From: Oscillospiraceae bacterium
GTDB taxonomy: Bacteria; Bacillota; Clostridia; Oscillospirales; Oscillospiraceae
Reading direction: 5' to 3'
Assembly (NCBI GenBank): GCA_031278415.1
Contig: JAITKN010000109.1
Coordinates: forward strand, 1 to 35,015
DNA: 35,015 bases
The stretch's first letter is position 1, and each line of letters starts with the position of its first letter. Position numbers and translations under genes: made by a program. The notes beneath the pieces were generated by a model. That model saw only the letters and a program-made list of their open reading frames with translations. It made no database searches and was not told the DNA's origin. Below are positions 8,814 through 16,026 of this stretch, in pieces.

Positions 8814-8977
8814 AAGAGTAGTTCAGTACCATTTCTTTATAGAATCATCATCTCAGTCTCATTCTACCACAAAATTATGAACAAATCAACTATTTTTTCA
8901 CAACCTCGCCTAATTTATTTTTTCACTTATCATTGACACTCCAACGGGGTAGTGATTTTGAAATTATATTAAACATA

Positions 8978-9005
8978 TTGACAAACTATGATTTATGATT
9001 ATAAT
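8978..9005 (+). promoter_or_regulatory. Putative sigma-A promoter of the MATE gene
   Basis: TTGACA (8978-8983), 16 nt, TATAAT (9000-9005). It is flanked by the direct repeat TATGATTTAT at 8987-8996 and 9005-9014. Confidence 0.6.
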
Positions 9006-9040
9006 ATGATTTATCTATTCTGTCTTATGGGGTGGGATGT

Positions 9041-10495
9041 ATGAAAAATACCTCAAAATATGACCTCGCATCCGGAAGCATACTTCGCAAACTGATTCCG
9101 CTGTCGCTGCCCGCGATTGCCGGACAGCTTGCGCAAATGGCGTACAACTTTGCCGATATGGTTTGGCTTGGGCGTCTTTCCGGCGGGGCGGTAGCCGCGG
9201 TCGGTTCGGTTGGGCCGCTGATTTGGCTGTCGCTAACCTTAGGGATATTCGGGCAGCGCGGAGCGGAAATAGGTATTGCTCAGAATCTGGGGCGGCGCGA
9301 TGGCGAAGCCGCGCGAAGGTTCCTTAACGCCGCGTTGATTACGGCGCTGACGCTGGGAATCGTATGCGGGGCGATTTTTCTCTCTTTCAGGCATCAGCTA
9401 ATCGGGTTCTACAAAATCATAGACCCGAAAGTGGAGCGGGACGCGGTTTCCTACCTCTATATAACAGCGCTTGCAATGCCGCTGACTTATATCAACAGTG
9501 TGCTGTCCGCCGCTTTCAGCGCCGGCGGAAACTCGGTGAAACCCTTTGTAATCAACCTGATTTGCCTTGCGCTGAACGCGTTACTCGACCCGCTGTTAAT
9601 CTTTAACGCCGGGTTAGGGGTGATCGGCGCCGCGATAGCGACCGCGTCCTGCCAAGCGACATCGTGTATAATTATGCTTGCGGCTATGAAGCTGTATAAG
9701 CACAAGTATTTGAGCGGAATAAAACTATGGCGATTGCCGAGCCGCGAGCATCTGAGTAAAATATTGCGATGGGGCGCGCCCGGCGCGTTCGAAATATTTT
9801 TCTTTACGTTTTTCGTGATGGTTATCTCGAGGTTAGTAGCGGCGTTTGGCTCGGACGCAATGGTGGTTCAGCGGATCGGCAACCAGGCGGATCAGTTTTC
9901 ATATATGGTATCCGGCGGCTTCGGCACCGCGCTTACCGCGTTTATCGGGCAGAACTACGGCGCGGGCAAGCGCGGGCGAATTCGGCGCGGAGTTATGCTG
10001 TCAATGGCCATTATGTCCTGTTGGGGAATAGCGGCGACTGTAAATCTTCTTTTGTTTAATCGAGCTTTATTCAGATTATTTGTGCCGGATGAACCGAACA
10101 TTATAGAGATGGGAGCAAGCTATCTGAGAATCTTCGCGCTGTGCCAACTGGCCGCCAGCTTAGAGGGCGTGGGCGGAAGCGTGTTTCGCGGTTACGGGCG
10201 TACGGTAATACCATCGGCCATAAGCGTTTCCACGAACGTACTGCGGATTATTCTGGCGTGGGTTCTATCGCAGGGTTCTCTGCGTCAGGACGGTATCTGG
10301 TGGGCTCTTTCCATAAGCGCGTTCCTTCGCGGCGGCGCTACAGTACTCTTTAGTTTGCCGCTTATTTTCGGTCGGCGCGAAGTTTTCGAGAAGCCTTCCG
10401 GGGAAAATCGGCTCTACCGGAAATTTTTCAAGAGAATGGCAAGTTGTAAAATGAAACAGACCTCCTCGAGAACTAATCCCGACCCTCAAAATTGA
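9041..10495 (+). CDS. MATE-family efflux transporter with an IS-derived C-terminal tail
   Basis: The protein has a 12-TM-like profile and the LIPLSLPAIAGQLAQMAYNFADMVWLGRL MATE N-terminal motif. The last ~10 codons, including the stop at 10493-10495, lie inside the left inverted-repeat arm. Confidence 0.85.
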   Translation: MKNTSKYDLASGSILRKLIPLSLPAIAGQLAQMAYNFADMVWLGRLSGGAVAAVGSVGPLIWLSLTLGIFGQRGAEIGIAQNLGRRDGEAARRFLNAALITALTLGIVCGAIFLSFRHQLIGFYKIIDPKVERDAVSYLYITALAMPLTYINSVLSAAFSAGGNSVKPFVINLICLALNALLDPLLIFNAGLGVIGAAIATASCQATSCIIMLAAMKLYKHKYLSGIKLWRLPSREHLSKILRWGAPGAFEIFFFTFFVMVISRLVAAFGSDAMVVQRIGNQADQFSYMVSGGFGTALTAFIGQNYGAGKRGRIRRGVMLSMAIMSCWGIAATVNLLLFNRALFRLFVPDEPNIIEMGASYLRIFALCQLAASLEGVGGSVFRGYGRTVIPSAISVSTNVLRIILAWVLSQGSLRQDGIWWALSISAFLRGGATVLFSLPLIFGRREVFEKPSGENRLYRKFFKRMASCKMKQTSSRTNPDPQN

Positions 10496-10592
10496 TGATT
10501 TCGCAGATAAGATTTGCGCGTAAACTGTGGCGTTTCCGGCGGTTACGGTATTTGTTCGCCATAATTTTGAATACTTTGAACTTCGCGTTGAC
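10465..10592. repeat. Left arm of a 128-bp inverted repeat
   Basis: Its reverse complement aligns base for base, with no indels, to 10912-11039. I counted 10 mismatches, and the outer 53 bp (10470-10522 vs 10982-11034) are identical. Confidence 0.9.
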
Positions 10593-10623
10593 ATTAGACC
10601 TCATCGGAAACTAAAAAAAGTGG

Positions 10624-10652
10624 TTGACAAGCGTCGAAATTTGTGTTACGAT
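10624..10652 (+). promoter_or_regulatory. Consensus-like sigma-A promoter inside the inverted-repeat spacer
   Basis: TTGACA (10624-10629), 17 nt, TGtTACGAT (extended -10; TACGAT at 10647-10652). It points rightward toward the GNAT-APH gene. Confidence 0.55.
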
Positions 10653-10669
10653 AGTAGTGGGGTGAAAAG

Positions 10670-10801
10670 ATGAACCATTATGAAAAAACTCAGAAGGGTC
10701 TGTTGAAAATTTCGGATAAAAATCCGAATCAGGGTCAATTTTTGTATCACGGGCAAAAAGCGTTGTTGGAGGACTCCGATAATAGAAGTGATTCTCGTTG
10801 A
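10670..10801 (+). CDS. 43-codon ORF downstream of the internal promoter (possibly a remnant of the IS 5' end)
   Basis: GGGGTGA lies ~4 nt upstream of the ATG. The product is MNHYEKTQKGLLKISDKNPNQGQFLYHGQKALLEDSDNRSDSR, in which I recognise no motif. Coding status is doubtful. Confidence 0.2.
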   Translation: MNHYEKTQKGLLKISDKNPNQGQFLYHGQKALLEDSDNRSDSR

Positions 10802-10806
10802 TATGA

Positions 10807-11031
10807 AAGAAACTGAAAGGCGGTGATCTTACGGCAGAAAAACCTGCCCGTCCGGCAGGCGGGAAGGCGGAAAACGGCAGGATTTTTCGTGACCGCATCT
10901 TGATTGAGAACGTCAACGCGAAATTCGGAGTATTCAAAATTATGGTGAATAAATACCGTAACCGCCGGAAACGCCACGCCCTACGCGCAAATCTTATCTG
11001 CGAAATCATCAATTTTGAGGGTCGGGATTAG
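10807..11031 (+). pseudogene. C-terminal fragment (~74 codons) of an IS5-family / DDE_Tnp_4-like transposase
   Basis: The translation KKLKGGDLTAE...RILIENVNAKFGVFKIMVNKYRNRRKRHALRANLICEIINFEGRD* has the typical ...ENV...YRNRRKRF.LR.NLI..I.N.E ending. There is no upstream catalytic domain. Confidence 0.65.
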
Positions 11032-11039
11032 TTCCCGAG
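10912..11039. repeat. Right arm of the 128-bp inverted repeat
   Basis: It pairs with 10465-10592 and encodes the last 40 codons of the transposase fragment. Confidence 0.9.
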
Positions 11040-11048
11040 CATCTTCAT

Positions 11049-11251
11049 TGGACGCATATTATCATCTCCAACGCGAAAGCTTTTGTGCAGGGGACATTTC
11101 ACGGCTTGGGTGCAAAACACCTCTGCAGTATTATCTGAATGAGTTCTGTTGTCGCTTGAACCGACGTTTCCTTGCTCATGATATCCTTTCCCTTCTCGCC
11201 AATGCTTGTGTGTTGGCGCAGCCTAAACCTTATCATGCTCTGATTGAATAG
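11049..11251 (+). pseudogene. Frameshifted C-terminal fragment of an IS1595-family (ISXO2-like) transposase
   Basis: WTHIIISNAKAFVQGTFHGLGAKHL in one frame continues as QYYLNEFCCRLNRRF... in another, with the shift near 11125. This matches the conserved ...GT.HG...KHLQ.YL.EF.FR.NRR tail. The stop is at 11249-11251. Confidence 0.6.
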
Positions 11252-11281
11252 TCATATAGATTTTTGTAGGAGGTGACTGCC

Positions 11282-12775
11282 ATGCAGTTCATTCCGCTCA
11301 TCCCCGAGGACTACCGCGAGTTCTTCGATGCGGCGCATCGCGAGACTTCGCGGCTGACGTACGGCACCGTGCTTTCAGACACACAACTTGAGGGCGAGTA
11401 TGCGCGTTCTCTGAAGTATGCGAAGACTGACCCGCATTTGAGTGTGATTGCTCTGCTTGACGGTAAACCTGTGGGTATTTGCCAACTTGAAGTGCGAGAG
11501 TACGGCGAAAAATATGGTTGGGTTCACTTCTATTATATTGCGCCGGAGGAACGCGGCAAAGGCTATGGCAAACAGCTTGTGGAGTATTCGGCGAAATATT
11601 TTCGCAAGCTCGGATTGGCACAGATGTTTCTTAAGGTTGGCATTCCGAACGTCAACGCGGAGATGTTCTATAAGCGCGTTGGGTTTATGCGAAAGGCAAA
11701 TGCCGATAGCGATACCTCGCATATGATGGTGTTCCATCTCGGCGGATTGGGGTTTGACATTGCGGAAGCGTTGAAACTGTACGGCAATTGTGACGCTTAT
11801 GAGGTTTCAGACAACACCGGCGGTCCAAGCGACAATCGTTATACGATGTTCGCGGACTTCGCCGATGGCGGCAAAATTGTGGTCAAAGCTGCCCGAAACG
11901 GCTTCACCACGCCGGAGCGCGTTGCGGGATGGGCGGAACTTACAGAGCATTACAATTCGCTCGGAATCTACGCTCCAAATTTTGTGCGTAACATTCACGG
12001 CGAATACAGCGCGGTTGTCGGTGATTATGTCATCTATGCGGAAGAGTTGGCTAAATTTGAGACAGATATGAGTTTTGACTACGATGTTTCGGCAGAAGCG
12101 CGGTTGACTACACTCGGCAAAGTTGCGGCGAATCCGCTGACTCCGCCACTTCCGTGGTCAAGCCCGTACGCCATGTACGACAAGTTTGACGATAGCGATG
12201 AATACCCGGAACTCTACGACAACGCACTGAATACAATCCGCAAAATCTGTGAAGTCTCGCCCATTTACGCAGACCGCGCAACTACAATTCTCAGTGATTA
12301 TGAGAGACTCCGTGCAGAGTTTGAGCCTGTGTACCGCTCGCTGCCGAAAGCCTCGTTTCAGGCTGATATGAACAAGTCGAATCTGCTGTTTGACAACGGC
12401 GCGTTTGTCGGATTGATGGATTTCAACCTCTCGGGGACTGACGCGGTCATCAGCTACGCGATGTACGAGGGCTTTTACTACATGACTGACGATGAGATAG
12501 TAACGGCTATCAAAACCTGCGATACAACGCAAGTTGACGAACGCATACGCCGCAACTTTGGCTATGTTGCGCGAATGTATAAGTTCGGCGATGCTGAACG
12601 CTTTGCGTTTGGGAAATTCTACAACATTGCCGCGCCGTTTTGGGGCGCACACTTCCAAAAGTACGGCGAACTGGTAAGCGTACACGGTGCGGAGATTGTA
12701 CCGCAGATACTTGACTTCATTGAGTGGCAAATGCAACGCGATGTTGTGTATCGGCAGCCCGATTTAGTTTTGTAA
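11282..12775 (+). CDS. Two-domain protein: N-terminal GNAT acetyltransferase fused to an APH/choline-kinase-fold phosphotransferase
   Basis: AGGAGG (11268-11273) lies 8 nt before the ATG. GNAT motif A is YYIAPEERGKGYGKQL. The kinase has a beta-3 Lys (IVVKAAR), a catalytic loop QADMNKSN (DxxxxN, Asp at 12365-12367) and a Mg-binding GLMDFNLSG. Confidence 0.8.
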   Translation: MQFIPLIPEDYREFFDAAHRETSRLTYGTVLSDTQLEGEYARSLKYAKTDPHLSVIALLDGKPVGICQLEVREYGEKYGWVHFYYIAPEERGKGYGKQLVEYSAKYFRKLGLAQMFLKVGIPNVNAEMFYKRVGFMRKANADSDTSHMMVFHLGGLGFDIAEALKLYGNCDAYEVSDNTGGPSDNRYTMFADFADGGKIVVKAARNGFTTPERVAGWAELTEHYNSLGIYAPNFVRNIHGEYSAVVGDYVIYAEELAKFETDMSFDYDVSAEARLTTLGKVAANPLTPPLPWSSPYAMYDKFDDSDEYPELYDNALNTIRKICEVSPIYADRATTILSDYERLRAEFEPVYRSLPKASFQADMNKSNLLFDNGAFVGLMDFNLSGTDAVISYAMYEGFYYMTDDEIVTAIKTCDTTQVDERIRRNFGYVARMYKFGDAERFAFGKFYNIAAPFWGAHFQKYGELVSVHGAEIVPQILDFIEWQMQRDVVYRQPDLVL

Positions 12776-12815
12776 CTTTTGTCAATCAAAAGTTACAAAA
12801 CCAAATCGGGCTGCC
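12753..12815. repeat. 29-bp-stem inverted repeat (5-nt loop) overlapping the stop codon of the GNAT-APH gene
   Basis: GGCAGCCCGATTTAGTTTTGTAACTTTTG-TCAAT-CAAAAGTTACAAAACCAAATCGGGCTGCC has one mismatch. No T tract follows on either strand. Confidence 0.9.
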
Positions 12816-12831
12816 CAAAAGAAAAAAGAGC

Positions 12832-12859
12832 TTGACATTTTAGCTTTCTGTGATACAAT
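12832..12859 (+). promoter_or_regulatory. Sigma-A promoter of the flavin oxidoreductase gene
   Basis: TTGACA (12832-12837), 16 nt, TGaTACAAT (TACAAT at 12854-12859). Confidence 0.65.
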
Positions 12860-12896
12860 GGGGAAAAATAAATTTAATAAAGGGAGTACATACGCT

Positions 12897-14978
12897 ATGG
12901 CTTCTAAGTACACAAACCTATTCTCGCCAATCAAAATCAATGGGATTGACTTCAAGAACCGTATCATACTCGCGCCCCCGTCGCCGAATCTTGCCAGTCC
13001 GGACGGATTGGTCACAAGCCAGTTCGTTGACTGGTTCCGTCTGTTCGCGCGCGGAGGCGCGGCGGTTCTGTACGTTGGCAACAGTTCGATCGACATCACG
13101 GAGTGTAAGGACGAGGAGTGTCAGCTCGACCTCGCTAATCCGCACTGCGCGTTGCCGCTGTCTTGGTACTCCGAGATGGCGAAAGAGTACGACTGTCACG
13201 CGTCTCTGGAAGTGAACCACAACGGCAAAGACACGACGTTTGAGGCCGTCGGACATCTGCCGTTCAGTTCCAGCGCGATTCCCGGCGACTCCGAGAAAAT
13301 GCGCGCCGCTATGGAGGGTCGTGAAGTTCGTATTCCTATCGAGATGGATCAGGCAAAAATCGACGAAACCGTTATGAAGTACGCTACCGCGTGCTACAAT
13401 ATGAAACGCGCCGGAATGGACATCGCGCTGCTGCACGGCGGTCACGGCAATCTGCTCGCTCAGTTTACCAGTCCGCACTACAACAAGCGCACGGACAAGT
13501 ACGGCGGTTCGCTGGAGAATCGCGCCCGTTTCGCGATTGAGGTCGTCGAGAAAACCCGCGAGCTCTGCGGTAAAGATTTCGTCATTGACTACCGCATTTC
13601 CGCTGACGAGGTTATCGGCGATGGTATGCACATTGACGAGACCATTCAGCTGATGAAGATACTCAAGGAACACGGCGTAGATATGTTCAACGTTTCCGCC
13701 GGTCTGCACAGCGAGGGTATGATGGCATTTATGAGCTACTGGCTGCAGGGCTACACGATGAACCGCGGCTTTAACGCGCACTGGGCTGAGAAGATCAAGG
13801 ACGCGTTCCACGGCGATATCCGCCTTACCGCTGTCGGCTCTATTACGCATCCGGACATTGCGGAAGATCTGATCAGCAAGGGATACTGCGACTTCATTGC
13901 CATGTGCCGTCCGCTTATGGCGGATCCGGAGATGCCGCGCAAGGCGGCTCAAAACCGCGCGGAAGACATTCGCCCGTGTCTGCGCTGTAACGCTTGCGCA
14001 ATGAGGCTCGGCGGTCAGGGTCCGAATGGTCCTAAGGAGATGAACTGCGCGGTCAATCCGCTTTCCGGTCTGACTCGTCTGCTTAAGGACACGGAACTTC
14101 CGTTTGCCAAAACGAAGAAGAAAGTCGCCGTAGTCGGCGGCGGAGTCGCGGGACTTACCGCGGTATCGTGCCTTGTTGAGCGCGGTCACGATGTAACGCT
14201 GTACGAAAAGACCGACGTACTCGGCGGACAGATTATCCCCGCGGCGGCGGCGCCTCTGAAAGTGGATATGAAAGATTACCTCAAATGGCTTCAGCTTCAG
14301 GCGCAAAAACTTGTAAAATCGGGCAAGGTTCGCTTGTTTATGAATACGGAAGCCACCCCGGGCATCCTGGAGCCTGAAGGCTATGACGCTGTAATTATCG
14401 CGGTCGGCAGCGAGCCTATAATACCTAAAAGTATTCCGGGTATCGCTAAGCCGAACGTAATGTGGGCAGCTGATGCCGAAACGCGGTACATTGATAAGGT
14501 AGGCGAGAAAGTTGTTATAGTCGGTGCCGGCGATGTAGGTATGGAAGCCGCTATTGACTTTGCCGGGCAGGGCAAAAAGGTCGATATAATCGACGTATTA
14601 GACCGCGCCGGCGGTTTCTTCGGCGTAATGGGCGCTCCAAGCAGTATGCACTACGACGACAATGTTCCGCCGAACTACTACAAGCGCCAGAGCCTTGCCG
14701 GGATTCTCTCCGATATGGGTATTCAGGTACAGTGGGGTACTGCGCTTAAAGAAGTTACCGATACCGGAATAATTGTTACCAAAGACGGCAAGGACAGCGC
14801 GATTGAGGCTGACAGCGTACTTCTGGCGATGGGTGTAAAGCCGCGCGCCGCAGCAGCTGAAAGTCTGCGGCATTGCGCTCCGGAAACGGAAGTTTTCGTA
14901 GTCGGCGACGCAAAGCAGGTCGGCGGTAACATCAGTTTTGCCGTCAACGGCGCGTTCCAGGCGGCTTTGCATATCTGA
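12897..14978 (+). CDS. OYE-family FMN oxidoreductase fused to an FAD/NAD(P)-binding domain (2-enoate reductase / 2,4-dienoyl-CoA reductase / BaiH-like)
   Basis: HGGHGNLLAQFTSPHYNKRTDKYGGSLENRARF is the OYE signature, RPCLRCNACA...MNCAVNP is a 4Fe-4S motif, and VAVVGGGVAGL and VVIVGAGDVGMEAA are Rossmann motifs. AAGGGAG RBS favours ATG 12897. Confidence 0.85.
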   Translation: MASKYTNLFSPIKINGIDFKNRIILAPPSPNLASPDGLVTSQFVDWFRLFARGGAAVLYVGNSSIDITECKDEECQLDLANPHCALPLSWYSEMAKEYDCHASLEVNHNGKDTTFEAVGHLPFSSSAIPGDSEKMRAAMEGREVRIPIEMDQAKIDETVMKYATACYNMKRAGMDIALLHGGHGNLLAQFTSPHYNKRTDKYGGSLENRARFAIEVVEKTRELCGKDFVIDYRISADEVIGDGMHIDETIQLMKILKEHGVDMFNVSAGLHSEGMMAFMSYWLQGYTMNRGFNAHWAEKIKDAFHGDIRLTAVGSITHPDIAEDLISKGYCDFIAMCRPLMADPEMPRKAAQNRAEDIRPCLRCNACAMRLGGQGPNGPKEMNCAVNPLSGLTRLLKDTELPFAKTKKKVAVVGGGVAGLTAVSCLVERGHDVTLYEKTDVLGGQIIPAAAAPLKVDMKDYLKWLQLQAQKLVKSGKVRLFMNTEATPGILEPEGYDAVIIAVGSEPIIPKSIPGIAKPNVMWAADAETRYIDKVGEKVVIVGAGDVGMEAAIDFAGQGKKVDIIDVLDRAGGFFGVMGAPSSMHYDDNVPPNYYKRQSLAGILSDMGIQVQWGTALKEVTDTGIIVTKDGKDSAIEADSVLLAMGVKPRAAAAESLRHCAPETEVFVVGDAKQVGGNISFAVNGAFQAALHI

Positions 14979-14995
14979 GTTCAGCCAATTACCGA

Positions 14996-15029
14996 GCAGA
15001 GGGCGGCTTTGGAGCCGTCCTCTGCTTTT
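14996..15029 (+). terminator. Intrinsic terminator between convergent genes
   Basis: GCAGAGGGCGGC-TTTGGA-GCCGTCCTCTGC (1 mismatch) followed by TTTT. Confidence 0.7.
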
Positions 15030-15044
15030 CAATTTGCGAAATTT

Positions 15045-15815
15045 CTACCTTTGCGGCAGGTAGTCCGCGGGGTTTACCTGTTCGTTGTTAAGCGTCATCT
15101 CAAAGTGCAGATGGGTAACATCGCCTATTTCAGCTGAGGCGGTTTGTCCGATCGCGCCGACAACATCGCCAAGCGCGAGTTCTTGCCCGTCGCCCACCGG
15201 CGGTTCCTCGGCGAGATTGCGATACACGCTTCTTAAGCCGCCGTCGTGCAGGACCGTAACGCTTACTCCGTATAAAGGCTCAATTATAACGCTTTCGACG
15301 ACTCCGGCGGCGACGCAGCGAACCTTTTCGCCCAACGGAGCGGCGATATCAATGCCCCTGTGCGTTCGCCAGTCGCGCATTGTGCGGTCATAGGTCAGAG
15401 ATTCCACGGAGTGCGGACGCTCAATCGAACCGTTCACCGGTCGGATAAATGATGCCGGAATTGCGGACGTCTTCTTCTCCGGTTCCGCCGACTGCTCCGG
15501 AACGGGCTGAGGTGTCGGCGCGGGAGTTGCCGCTGCCGGAGCCGGAATGGGTGCCGCGATTGTGGGTTCCTCCGGGACGTATAAGTCAGGTTCGGTCACC
15601 GGAATTTGTTCCGGCATGGTTATAGTCGGAAGATCGTTCAAAGTGTTTTCTAAGGCTGCTTCTAAGTCCTGTCCTGTTTTGCGGGTTGATATATTCAGCG
15701 TCCACGCGGCAACGCCTACAACCGCTACACAGAGGAGCAGGACTATGTAGAAGCCCCTACCCTCCACAAATTTCACGAAGTGCTCCGCGATGCCCCGTTT
15801 TTTATCGCCGTTCAT
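15045..15815 (-). CDS. Membrane-anchored M23 (LytM) family metallopeptidase
   Basis: An N-terminal TM helix and a Pro/Ala-rich linker precede an intact HRGIDI (HxxxD) and THLHFE (HxH). AGGAGG RBS is present. A SpoIIQ-like architecture is possible but not shown. Confidence 0.85.
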   Translation of the reverse strand: MNGDKKRGIAEHFVKFVEGRGFYIVLLLCVAVVGVAAWTLNISTRKTGQDLEAALENTLNDLPTITMPEQIPVTEPDLYVPEEPTIAAPIPAPAAATPAPTPQPVPEQSAEPEKKTSAIPASFIRPVNGSIERPHSVESLTYDRTMRDWRTHRGIDIAAPLGEKVRCVAAGVVESVIIEPLYGVSVTVLHDGGLRSVYRNLAEEPPVGDGQELALGDVVGAIGQTASAEIGDVTHLHFEMTLNNEQVNPADYLPQR

Positions 15816-16026
15816 CTCATACCTCCTAATTGATGTTATACAGGAAGTATTACCAATTGATAAACTATTTATACCGCGCTGAAATAATTTTCAAAAAATC
15901 AGCAGTTGAGTCCAAGCGGGGTTCGTTTGCTTTCTCGTATTACTCTGTGTTTATCCTAACTTTTTTGAAAGACGCCGCAAGATCGAGATTGCGCGTTCCC
16001 GCGCAAATCAGCGATTACTTGCGCGC

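Larger units (their letters stand above)
10465..11251. mobile_element. IS debris: a long-inverted-repeat element carrying an IS5/DDE_Tnp_4-like transposase 3' fragment, abutting an IS1595-like transposase 3' fragment
   Basis: See the component features. No intact transposase ORF is present. Confidence 0.75.

Noticed and set aside
10611-11012. 133-aa minus-strand ORF across the inverted-repeat spacer
   Set aside because: It is antisense to the transposase fragment and the internal promoter, is low-complexity, and has no RBS or motif.
12753-12815. Integron attC site after a gene cassette
   Set aside because: The outer ends (GGCAGCC / GGCTGCC) do not match the RYYYAAC / GTTRRRY core sites. The stem is almost perfect, without the extrahelical bases typical of attC. 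No intI or attI is nearby.
12918-14306. 462-aa minus-strand ORF, and similar long antisense ORFs at 4508-5338(+), 25487-26221(-), 27373-28017(-), 2853-3524(-), 890-1336(-)
   Set aside because: Each lies opposite a gene with strong family motifs, has a biased Arg/Ala/Gly-rich composition typical of antisense frames in GC-rich DNA, and lacks recognisable motifs or an RBS.
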